DNA of 64,000 nt from Nageia nagi. Its lineage: Eukaryota > Plantae > Pinophyta. Under the pieces are notes generated by a model. The model saw only the letters and a program-made list of their open reading frames with translations, was not told the DNA's origin and ran no database searches. This document shows positions 26,589 through 38,731 of the stretch, one piece after another. Every line of letters starts with the position of its first letter. Within the stretch, counting starts at the first letter, position 1. The DNA is taken from positions 133,796,001 to 133,860,000 of the forward strand of contig JBITNC010000001.1 of NCBI GenBank assembly GCA_050084985.1, read 5' to 3'. The position numbers and the translations under genes were made by a program.

Positions 26589-28681
26589 CTACCTTGGTAT
26601 GTAAGTGTACCAATACAAGAATTTTACCTACCTTAATTAATTCAAGTATATCTCATATATGTTACAAAATTTTAGAGTGGAGGAATGCCAACCTGTTGCA
26701 ACCCCAATCTTTCCTAAAATCACTTTATTTCTTAACTCCAACTCTCAATTTATAGATATTACCTCTTATAGGTAATTAATTGGTAGCCTTCTTTATTTAA
26801 CTATCTTTAGGCTAGATATTACCTTTGCAGTAAATATTATGGCACAATTTATGCAAAAATTATATGTTGAGCACCTCAATGTTGTTAAACAAATCTTGAG
26901 GTATGTTGTGGGCATGAAGGATCTTGCTCTTAAGTATTCCAAGTTGCCCTCATTTGTTCTCTCAAGGTTCTCAAATTCTAAGTATGAGGGAGATTGAGAT
27001 GATAGGAAATCAACCTCTGCTTGTGTGTTTAGAATGGTTTAGGTGTTACGTCTTAAGATTCCAAAAAGAATTCTACTACTTCTCTCTCCACCATAGAGGC
27101 TAAATATCAAACCATGTTAGTCACAACCAAGGAAGCTATTTGGTTGAGATATCTTCTAAAATAAATTGAGTATGAGCAATCTCACGCATATCAAATTTTT
27201 ACAAATAATCAATAGGTTATTACTTTGGAAAATAACCCTATTTTCTATCAAATAATAAAACATGTTGAAATCCAAGCATATTTTATCAAAGAGAAGATTC
27301 TAGATGGTATCTTACAATTTTAGTATTTTCCATCAGTCCTAAACTCCATTTATTTTTTCACCAAGCCCCTTCCTAAAGCTCAATTCTACAAGATTAAGGA
27401 TTCTATTGGGTTGGTGAAGTTATTCTCAAGGTGGAGTGAAGGTTTAATTCTTGTTGAATTCATGTTTGTGATGACAACTTCATCCCTAGGAGTTTTTTTT
27501 GATGGTATAGTGTTGATATTTTTATGTACATCTTCATGGTTAGTTCACTCCATGTGAAGAACTAGTTGTACATTTTGTTTCTTAGCATATGATGACTTAT
27601 GCTAACATTGTTTTAGTTATCCATATATGAGAAAATAGTATGTGCTTTTTGGCACTATTTATTCATCCATATGTGAGTAACTCATATGTGCTTATGCTCT
27701 ATTTATTTACATAGATCAACACATATTTTCTACACAATAGGTGACTATAAGTATTGGTTTGACATCTTCGTGATAATTTATAGTGCACCATTAATCATTT
27801 CATGAATGATATTAATTATTTTATTTATCTTATGTTGATATGAATATTTGTAAAATGCATTTGATTGATCTTATTTATGAGTTGCTTATAGCTTGCAGGT
27901 TTCTTCTTGAGAATGTAGGTTACCTACTTCAAATGGGTATGCTCAAGGACACTCACCATGTCAACTTGTTGTTGAATGATTACTTTGTACAGTGAAACCA
28001 GTTGTGGTTAATGATTGTATTGTAAATCATTTTATCAAATGGTAAAGTAGTGAGTTTCAATCTAAGATCTTATTTATTTCTCAAAGATTTAAATGTTCTC
28101 ATATCCTATTATAAGTCTATGGAGGAGAACTCTTTCTTACTCTTTGATTCTTCTCTCCTTCACTCTACCCCAATATTGCATTAAAGGAAAATCTTGAAAT
28201 GTATAATGCATTATTGTAAAGTCTCTTAATGTAATTCACTAATACTTAAAAGTATCCCCAGATACCTTTTAAGTATTTGTGAATATAATAATATAACTTG
28301 TCCTACACTCCATCTCATGAGCCTACCCCTTGAGTAAAAAGGTGATGCATGTCATGACATTGTACAAAGGTTAAAAAGATGATCCAAGAGAGGATTTTGA
28401 CCTATAAATAGAAGGCCCTCTCTTTCATATTACTCACTTAAGTTTGTAGCAAAGTTATCTTGTTTAGGTTGTAGGAGAATTGAATTGTAAGAGAGTGCTC
28501 TTTGAGAATAAGATCTTATATTTATGGATGAACTCCCATGGTTAGAAGAATCACTTTATATTGGTATCATCTTGTGTGAATGCTACTTTGAGTATGTGTT
28601 CTTAATGCTTAAGGAGTTTAGAGTCTTCATGAGATCTTAGGTAATAGGAAGTTAGTCTTTTATGCTTGTTCCTTCACACTA

Positions 28682-29150
28682 TGGGCATATAAAGCTATAA
28701 TAAATATATCAACTAAGTATTCTCCATTCTATTTAACATATGAAATCTATCCTCTTTTATCAATTGAATTTGGTGTTCCAACTTTAAGAACTATATCAAG
28801 AAAAAGAAAGGATAAAGGAGAATCTATTGGTGATAGATTGATAAAGTTCAATAATTAGAAGAGATGCACCAAAAAACTAGTGAAACCATTTTAAAGACAA
28901 AAAAAAGAAAAAGAAGTATTTTGACAAGAAGTTTAACTAACCTCCACTCAAGGTCAATGATTTGGCCATGGTATATGATTCTAAGCATCATAAGAGGAAA
29001 TACAATCATTTGTTACTAAAGTGGAGCGCACCATATCATATAGTAGCTATATATGATAATGGAACATAAAGACTTGAAGAATTGGATAGTACTTTGGTAT
29101 CTAAGTAGATCAACCATGATAAGTTGAATATTTTTCAGGCTCCTAATTGA
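28682..29150 (+). pseudogene. Gypsy integrase C-terminus (element G, final part)
   Basis: WAYK....TKYSPFYLTY..., KKYFDKK, LKVNDLAMVYDS, LLLKWSAPYHIV (GPY/F motif), INHDKL. Confidence 0.85.
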
Positions 29151-29198
29151 AGACTTTCCTACTCTAAGGATGGATTTTAAATTAAGAGGGAGAGAAGA

Positions 29199-30441
29199 TG
29201 TCATCATAAAATTTTTCCTTTAAAAATTTATTATCTCCACATAGATAGTATGTTTCAATAGTGAGTATTAATGCATAGCCATTAGTTTATATTCTAAGAT
29301 AATGATACCTACAAATAAGTTATAGTGTCAATCTCAATAGAGTAATCATGCAACCATATTAAGAAGATAGAAATGTAAAAATTTTCAATATACATTACAT
29401 AGTACAAGTGTATTATGGGGCTTTTGAGTTGGTGAAGTTTCGTAAAAAAATAAAATAGTAAATAGTAATTGGTAAAAGGTAAAAGGTAATGGTAAATGAT
29501 AATTGGTAAAAGTAAAAGTGATTCATGGTAAGTGGAATAATTTATATATGGGTAATATCTAAAGATATCTATTCTAAATTTTTCTAAGGGGTTATCTAAC
29601 ACAAGGAGATGTGATGATGTGGAAATTAGTTGTTAATTTAAAATAGGGATTTCTAGAAAAGGTAATGTGGCATGTCATGGATATTTTTAAAATTATTTTA
29701 AATATTTCTAAACGTGGAGATATAAATTATTTTAAATTCAATATATTCCTAAGTATTATAAAAATCTAGATACCTTCTTTGGCCTATAAATAGAAGAGTG
29801 CCATGGGCACAAAAGGTAATTCAACTTAAGTTGAGTTAAGTTATGAACAAATTGTGACTGAGTTGTGAACAAATTGTGAGTGAGTTGTGAATGTATGAAG
29901 AACTTTATAAGTGTATCATGTCTTGAATCTTAGTATCATGAATTAAGAGTCATAAGTGTATCAAAGTGTTGCATTGTATTCATGATAATTTATTTAATTG
30001 AAGAGGAGAGATTTAATTGTAAGAAGGGTCTCTTTGTGAAGTTGTGATAGTGGAACTTGTATCAAATTAGTTGTTAATTTGAGCAAGTAGTGGTGCTCCT
30101 TTTAGGATAATTAGGTCCATTGTTATCATTATTGTAAGAGTTTCTTACCATTATATTGTAATTGTATCTTCACTTTCATCATGAATATTATTATATTACT
30201 GTAATTTATTATATTGATCATAGTGTGTAAATTTCATTACTACTAATTAAAGAAGTATATCGAGATGAAAGATTATTGTAAAGAGGAAGGATTGGTACTA
30301 TAATTCCTTATGTGCTAAAATAGTTAACATATCCTTTGTAAGATGAATTTCAATCTTTGAGATGTTTTTATATTTGTTGGTTAGGTTTTGAATTAACTAT
30401 CAAAGTATATGAATAAAATACTAAGTGCTCTCATGATGACA
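29199..30441 (+). mobile_element. 3' LTR of Gypsy element G
   Basis: PPT AAGAGGGAGAGAAGA immediately upstream; perfect 9-bp inverted termini TGTCATCAT...ATGATGACA; CCTATAAATAG at about 29783. Confidence 0.8.
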
Positions 30442-30879
30442 TAATGATATTTTATAAATGGGGTATTAAGTACTGCCATGATGATATAATGATAAAATCC
30501 ATGGATATTATGTTTATTTCATATTTACTACTACTAATGAAATATCTTTATAAGATAAATATATATGCTTGGAAATATGTTTTTGTATATTCTCATCATA
30601 GGTTCTTCATATTCAATTACATCAACTCGTTGAATCCTTTCCTAGCAACAATCAACACAAATAGAGGGAAGGAAATAATATCTAAAATTTGGATACCCAA
30701 AGCTACTCCAACACCTTGGGATTATTCTATCCTTTCTTTCCTTTGAAAATATAATTACATATTTGATTTTTTAAAACTACAAATAGGGATAACCGTAGAT
30801 CCCTAAGTTGGATACCTTTATCTTAAATTAATTATTTTATTATTTAATTGATAATAATTTCTATGTTAAAGATATATCT

Positions 30880-31570
30880 TACTTTATTACCATGTGGGTT
30901 GACATAAATCCAATTGTATGTTATTTCTCTCTTTTGTTATGTAAGGAACCTAGCGTCATTGTTGTCCTCTAAGTGTGCATCATGATGGTTCTCTTTCCTA
31001 TAAAAAAAGGGAAAACCTCACATGGGATGATTCTCATATATTTATCTCGATATGAGCATGCTAGCTTCTTATATGGTTACCAACATTGCTTATCAAGATT
31101 GAGATTTTGCAACAATATAAGCTTTATCATTTATCTTTCACTATTATTTTCTTTATTAGGCCTGCCACTATAATATACTTCTATAGACCATTTTTGTGAG
31201 GCTTCTCACTCAGGTTCATTTGCATGGGCTTTAGATTTAGTGCATGCACATGATTTAGGTCCTAGCATTTGTATTGAGGTATCTGCATATATCTTATATT
31301 ATTATCATATTGGTTGACATAAGTGTAATCTAATATTATTTTCTCTTTTATTATGTAAGGGAGCTAGTGTCAACATTGGCTTCTAGGCAAACATTTTAGT
31401 GGTTTACTTGCCTATAAGAAGATAAAACCTTCACATGGGATGATTATCAAATCTTCATCTTGATAAGAACATGCTATTATAATTCTAGGTTTTTATAACC
31501 ACCACATATTGAAATTGAGATATTGCTATCACATGAGCTCTTATCATTCATTCTTTCTTTATTATATACT
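30880..31570. repeat. Diverged ~270-bp direct duplication (period about 415 bp), probably inside an old LTR ending near 31990
   Basis: GGTTGACATAA...TTATGTAAGG...CACATGGGATGATT...GATTGAGAT occurs twice. Confidence 0.7.
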
Positions 31571-34500
31571 AGATTATACTTATTATTTTATCTTATTGAT
31601 ATAAGTCTTAATTATGAGGATTGATTTCCAAGCGGATTGGTATCAATGCTGAACTTAGCAACTATGTTGGGTTTTCTAGATAAATCTTTTATGAACTTTA
31701 CACATCAATGTTCAACTAATTTAACAAGTTTACATATATGATCAATCGTCCAGGTAAAGTGAAATGTAGATTATCTCTTATCGCTTTCTCTTAGGTCCTA
31801 AATTTTAGATATGATCCAATAGTCTAGATATTGCTTTCCATAAGTTCTACAATTATCATATCTTATATTATTGTCTCCTCACATTTCTATATTGCATCTT
31901 TACACATGTTCATTCAATAGTATTATTCTTCATTATTTGTTTGATATTTATTATAAATTAGCTTCATAGGGTTAATTTTAAATATCAACAAGGAGAATAT
32001 CACGACCCCATTTATTTGAACCATTGACACTTAATCTATGTTTTGTGATAAAAAAAAATTAAATACACTATTGGATACTTAAGTAAAACTAAGATCTTGG
32101 ATACCTATCAAGATTAATTAATGGAATGTGATATATTAATTTTATATAAGACTTGGTTTACCATTTAATATTTTTGAAATAATATGCATAGACTTGGGCA
32201 ATAACTATGTATATATATGAGTAAAGAACATTATGGAAGAAAAATTGTATACTTTGACATTAAGATTAATATATGTGTGTTATGACAATACTAATTGTAT
32301 ATGAAAAGATTTTACATCAAGATGAATAAGGTAATGGGGTTTTAAATGATATTTTGTACTTCATGGATCATTTAGGATATTTGAAAGATCGCTTTTGACA
32401 CCTTCAAAATAATGCATACTTAGATATTTATACTATTTACAATTTAAACATGAGTATGGTAATTAAATGTGTTTTGATTATGGTTCCATAAGAAGGATAG
32501 TAAAGCATTGAAAATTAAATAAATAATAGAACATTCTTCATGTTTGATTGTATTCTTGTTTAAAGCATTTATAAGTTAATTATTTTAAAGCATAGATGGA
32601 AATCTCGATTGATTACTAGAAAAATTCCAATTGTGAGGAAGGAATAAATGTCTAGCCCATTATAATACTAGGAGCTTTCATCCCAACAATTATAATAATA
32701 GTAGGTTAATTATGCAGAGTAAAATTCCTCCTCTCGCTAAAATAAAATAATTGATCTATTTACAAACTTCATTTTTATGAATTGTAAGGTGAAATAAAAA
32801 AAAAACCTTGTATCTCCCCTTACTAATTAAAAGGGGAGCCAATAAACGTTAGGCAATGTATTTGTTTTTGTTGCTAAATTTATTGTCACAATTAAAGTGA
32901 TAACTCCTTAGCACCATATGCTTCACTAAATCCCAAGTATGGGATAAAGTGTCCGTGGAGAATAAGGGAGACTAATCATCCCTCCATGGAGAATTTGCTA
33001 GAAGGAATGTTGGGCATCAATTTCAAAGGGAATATCACATTGTGGTTGATAGTCTATTTTGTTGGCACTTTTATGAGGTTGAGTATTTTCCAACCTTGTG
33101 TGACCTAAAGGAGAATGACGAGAAGTTTTAAATGAACCTAAATCTTGGGCATGCAAGGAGCCACATCATGAGGTTGCATGCATAGAAGAATAGGAGGATA
33201 AATCACAATTTCATGAGTATTATGGGAGAATTCAATTAGAGAAAAGCAAAGGGTGCTTATGAGAATTGAGAAACCCAAAACTTGCAAGCATAAACTCACT
33301 ACGATTTATGTTGCTTATGGTATGTAATGGCTTTCCTCTTGTTTTGTGAATTTTGTTACAAAATAATAGATGCTTGTAGATAAAGAAATATACCTAATGT
33401 GACTAAAACTAGTAGTAAATATAGTAAGTTTTGTTTAAGCTAAACACTCTTTTGGTTGGAAGGTCTTCTTTTGGGCATTCATGGTCATATTTGCTCATTT
33501 GGATGTTGTTATGGACACCCTCTCCTCCTTGTTGTTTGTTGAATGTATGAAGTTAAATTCCTAGAAAACCCATCATATACATACATACATACATATATAT
33601 ATATATATTATAGTATACTTGGACAAACAACCACATGGTTGTCTTGTAGAATAAAAAAGAAAGCATAAACCGAGAATAGGAATTACTACATGATGGTCAT
33701 TCCATAAAATGTTATATTACATTAATCAAGTTACTTTGGGGCATTTAGGGAATGATTTTTACTAAAGCAAGACCTTGTTAAAGAATAGAGGTTTGAATAA
33801 CCACACAAGTTAAGCCTTAAATCTATGTAACTATTTGATTAAAACTAAGGTAATGTACAATTAAGGTCAAGAATTATGTCTTGATGGAGATCGTGTAGTA
33901 TATAGTTTCATAACCTATGAGAAATTATGATGAAAACATGGAAAATGATAATTAGTATAAGTTCTATAGTTGACTAAATCATTTAGTAAACTATTAACTA
34001 ATCCATGAATGTTTTTGAAACCTATTGGACAAGGATCGAGTAGGAGAGAAAGGAGCTTTTGATTCACAACAAATTAAAATGTTACGTATATCATGGAAAC
34101 ATGGTTGCTTGAAATAGTCTAGGTCTAGTTAACGAAGAAATAGTATGTTTACTCATAGTAAAAGGTGATGAAGTATTGTAAATATACTCATGAGAAAGGG
34201 TGAGGTAGCACCTTGACTTGCTCATAAAAATAATGACGCAATGTCGAAACCTATTCATATTAAATGATGAATATGTTATAAATTTGCTGGATATAAATCA
34301 AGCAAACAACGCATATAGCTCTTGAAATTCTTGGGTTTCATGTCCCAATAGATGTAAAAAATGAATATTTACAAAAAAAAAAAAAGAACTTACTCTAAAT
34401 TTATAAAATAGAATTGTGTTTAATTAAGAAATAAATTTGATGTCTTAATTCAAAAAATAGAATTAGGGGTCATAATAGACTTCAACATCAATTCCCACTA

Positions 34501-35263
34501 ATGATGACATAGGCAGCAAAGGCTACAAACAAAGCTAAGATTCTAAAAGAATTCATTCAAAAGACCTTGCTTAGCTATAACTTTCGAAAGTAGCATATCA
34601 TTGTAGTTTTTATTAATAATTATAAAATTTGGGTCAATCTATACTAATTTAATTAAAAGAATGATTGAAACATAGGAAGTTGGTAACATGCAATTCGATT
34701 TTATCATGAAACCATGATAAACTCCAAAATTGCAAAAATTCTCATTTCTAATTTCAAAAATTTACAACATACTCTTGCAAATGCTCTCACTATCAATCGC
34801 TTTAACATTATACAATACAATAAGGTTGTAGTCATTGACCAGTTGAATTCTTAAATGACATATTTCTCAGAAAAAGTGACAAACATTTATATTAAAAAAA
34901 CATTTATATTAAAAAAACATTTATATTATATTTAAAAAAAAAAAAAACAACTTATTTACTAACATACTCTATGTATTTGTTTAGTTTTTCTCTAGACTCC
35001 ACGATGGACATTACCCATTTCATCACTCTCCTTTCCATGAGCAGTTAGCTTAAAAGATCAGTTTCTCATATATAAGTTCCTTCCATTTTAATAATTCATT
35101 GATCCCAATAGAAGAGAATTAGAGCAGAATAGATTTAACTCATTATAATTAGCATTTGGAAATTAGCCGACTTATTATCGAACTGATTTTATCAATGTGT
35201 TTCATTACTACTGAAGTTTATCAGTTAATCAAAATCGATGCTCATTGCATTTCTTAATATTAA

Positions 35264-36024
35264 AGGTAAATTACAAAAATAATTTTAACATTTTACAAAA
35301 TTACAAAAATAGCCTTGTAAAATTTGTATTTCTATGGAATGATAACAGAATATAGATAGAACCGGTTTCTTAAGGAAATTGAAAATCTTTTTCAGGAAAT
35401 GCAGCATGGATATATAGTCCATAGAATAAAAAAATGCTGTTTAAATGTAAAAAATTGTTATTTTTGCTATTTTTTCAAAAAATTCATATTTTCCCTCAAA
35501 CGACGTCAAAAACATCATTTTAAACACCATTTTTTACTTGACAAAAAACAACTGTTTAAACATCATTTAAATAGGAAAAAAAAAATTTAAACAAGTTGAA
35601 AACAGAACCATTTTATCTGTATTTGATGTACTTACCGTACTTGATGTATTTGATGTTTAAACAGTCAAAAAATCAAAAAACATACAAACCTTGTCATACT
35701 TGCCATACCTGCCTTCTTTGGATTTGTTTTGGCCATTTTTTTCTAGTTTTTGTCTATTTTTTACCAATTTTTTTCATCACAAAATTTACCCCTTTTTTCC
35801 ATTTTTAACTGTAATTTTGGCATTTTTTCCATATTCATGAATTTTAAAATTTGTGAACTTTTGCAGTATTCATCGAAGTTTGACTATTTTTTTAATCATT
35901 TTTACATATTTAACCTCAAAGTATATTTTCAAAAAACCGTTCTTATATTCTATGATACAATCTCATGGAATTATAAATTTAACAAGGTGGTCTATTTTTT
36001 AGGACCATTTTTTGCAATTTGCCC
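35264..36024. mobile_element. Mutator-like MITE, 761 bp
   Basis: Perfect 9-bp TSD TAATATTAA (35255-35263 / 36025-36033). Imperfect long TIRs AGGTAAATTACAAAAA / TTTTTGCAATTTGCCC, with similarity extending beyond 100 bp (AGAATATA..AGAACCGGTTT). Confidence 0.85.
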
Positions 36025-37462
36025 TAATATTAATAATGTATAGCGAACAGTTAAGATTAAGATTATTTGGTTATCTAGCCAATTTAGATTTCTTCCTATG
36101 TCCAAGTTGGAACTAATTCCTGTTTACCTGCTTCTATCCATGTAGGGAAGAATACGTTTGTACTAGACCACAAAATTCCTAGATTTTCTTCATTACATTA
36201 ACATGGATTTCTATATCATTTGATAATGAATTTAACACCATAAAGGGTTACGCCAGACGCTAAAAAAATGTGTTCCATTAGGAACATAATGATTCTGAGC
36301 ATGTATACTATATATAACCTTTTGACGATAAGAGGTGTACATCACACAAGGAAAATACACTACATTCTAGCTTCTAAAATATTGGTCTTATATTTCTTCA
36401 AATCTACATTTGTCTGTCCTGAGTTTCTTCAGTAAACTAAATTCTTATTTCCTTTTTACGAAAAGGACAAAGAAAGACAATGCAATTTTTCACACATAAT
36501 GCATCATATGAACAATAAATATGAAGGCTTAATACATGGGCACAAAAGATGAAATATGGAAGAGAGGACATATTGCTGACATGTTTTATATTTTATATTT
36601 AATGCCATGATATAAAGCCAAGGATGAAATTCTACTCGTGACACCTTCAGTATTAAAAGCTGCTTGGCAATGAAAATCTGAAAACAATTATAAGGAAAAC
36701 AAAAACCTACTTGCATTGTTTTAAGTCCATGTCTATGCTTCATAATTTTCTCATTATATTGAGTATATCTTGAGAGCTTTTCTAGATGTAACTGATTAGA
36801 TGAACATATTTTTATATTTGTCAAGAACACCAAAATTCATATTTTTCACTTCAGCATCGGAAACGCACATTAAAGGAAAAACAAAACTACTTTCAGAACC
36901 GCGATAAAATTCATGCCCATGCTTCTCCATTTTTTAATTCTGTTTAGTAAGAATAAATTGAGAGTTTTCTATAAATATAAACTGAAACAATCATCTACTA
37001 CACAACAAAAAGCTGTGCCATCTAAAATATTTCACTTGACATCAACTACAAGAAAGATGCAGTTCGTAATTTTTCTCCACCATCAAGATTCCATAGATTC
37101 AAATAAAAAAGTAAGGCTTTGTAAGCACACGAAAGAACCAGCTAATAATATATAGCTTAATAAGTTAATACTATGTCTGATATACCACATCAGCTTGTTA
37201 TCAATTGGCCATTTGTTTCTAAAAGTCTGCGTCATGTGTAGTGACATAACATGTTAACTAAAGTGCAAGGAGATTTATTCATACTACAAGTTCAAAGGCA
37301 TTGCATCGTTTTTAAACAGCTATCATTTTGCATCTAAAGGCTTGCCAAGAAACACGGACATTAGAGTTCGACTCCTATAATGTCTTACCAGATCAATCTA
37401 TGTAACCCTTGTGTTTAAACAAGTCAAGCTCTTTGACAGGAAATACACATGATATGACTACA

Positions 37463-37549
37463 TTATTGTCCAGTTCGTATCCGCTTTACATCAGAACCTG
37501 GGACACTTGCATCACAGCAAGAAGTCTTAGGGACCAAAGGACTAGTACC
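37463..37549 (-). other. Putative terminal coding exon (GTSPLVPKTSCCDASVPGSDVKRIRTGQ*)
   Basis: Strong acceptor GTTCTGTGTTTTGCAG and 28 open codons to TAA, in a non-repetitive region that retains CpG. Product not recognised. Confidence 0.35.
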
Positions 37550-38519
37550 CTGCAAAACACAGAACACCGTTAACTCCTTGCATCATAACTTCACAACAAA
37601 TTGTGATTATCTTTGCCATCCAAAGATTGTATCATACGCATTCTGTTCTCTTTCTACACAAAAGACTGTCTCGTTTCATTTGCCTTCATGTTTGTCAAAT
37701 TGGGATACTTGGCTATACACCAGTTCTAGCAAATTGTTATACAATCAATGTAAATTTCACAAAGCAGCCAAAAAGAACCAAGGGCTCCAAAATTCTGTAG
37801 AATTGGTCATCAATTTGTCATCTTTAGTTGAGTCTCTCTGTATCAGAGCTGGGTATTCGTGTGGACTTAATCATATTACCAATCAATTTTTCTAGTACGG
37901 TGCACTAAACTAGCTACTCTTTTGTGAGGTGGCTTGCTTGAGGAACAAGGAACCCAGCTAAGTTAAAGTAAGTGGACCAACATATATGTCGAATTGTTTG
38001 ATGGTCCAAGGTTTTCATCTATTTGGGCTTCTTATGGTCTTGAATATCATCTGGTTTTCCATGTGAATGTAGTCGTATGATCAAATCTTTATTTTCAATT
38101 CACTGAAAAGCAGTCTACAGGCAAGAATCAGAAATGCATTGTTCACAAATAAGAACTTCAAACAAAACATTACCGATCTTGCACATAATCTTGTTACTCT
38201 CAGCCATGCTGTTATGGCCCATCATGTTTAAAGGGGGATACTAGAACGTGTGTTTTTATAAATCCAACATTCAGGCCCAATAGGGATGATGAATTTTATA
38301 ATTATTGCAATGGACCTTTGAATGTGTTGCACAAGCACATATTCTAAATAAAAAGTGGAAGGAAATTGAAAACAGGATTCTTGTATCCATGGTAATGGGA
38401 TACTCATAAGCATCACAGACCTAAAGATTATATGATCTTAATGTAAGAATTTACTCTACTATGTTTCATTATGTAGATGTATATATTTATACTACAATAG
38501 TTCGTTCAGCATAACCAAC

Positions 38520-38609
38520 CTGATTGCCTTCATCTGCTCTACAATTTCTACACATGACACATATGATGTAATAAGTCCTACATTCCCTCCCTCCCCTAGT
38601 TACATTATT
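38520..38609 (-). other. Putative 90-nt internal exon (NNVTRGGRECRTYYIICVMCRNCRADEGNQ)
   Basis: Acceptor CTCTGTTTGCAG, donor CAG|GTTGGT, open in phase 0. Confidence 0.3.
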
Positions 38610-38731
38610 CTGCAAACAGAGATAGGAAAAGTAATGACTACCTTATGAACATATTCATTCATCAACAAAGGGACAAAAATCTATTCATGATTAGTAATAG
38701 TGGAACTAACTTCACTATGCTTCTTCAGTAG

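Larger units (their letters stand above)
21152..27440 (+). pseudogene. Copia gag-pol, degenerate, interrupted at 24187-26593
   Basis: gag MGDSFTPKHILDSSNYGIWEPRMK, UBN2-type gag (ORF 21238-21852), knuckle CNFYRIYGHKE*NC, protease WIVDFGYTNH, integrase LWHH*LGH / IKILRSNNGG, RT LKKSLYGLKQAPRSW / LYMDDL / DLGFLHCYLGM, RNase H D*DDRKSTS / KHVEIQAYFIKE. Confidence 0.95.
16844..28676 (+). mobile_element. Full-length degenerate Ty1/Copia retrotransposon (family A)
   Basis: Perfect TSD CACTA (16839-16843 / 28677-28681). 5' LTR 16844-17360, PBS TGTTATCAGAGCC at 17363-17375, 3' LTR 28192-28676, domain order gag-PR-INT-RT-RH. Confidence 0.95.

Noticed and set aside
16839-28681. CACTA at both ends, suggesting a CACTA DNA transposon
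   Set aside because: The two CACTA are direct, not inverted, and lie immediately outside the LTRs; they are the 5-bp TSD of a Copia.
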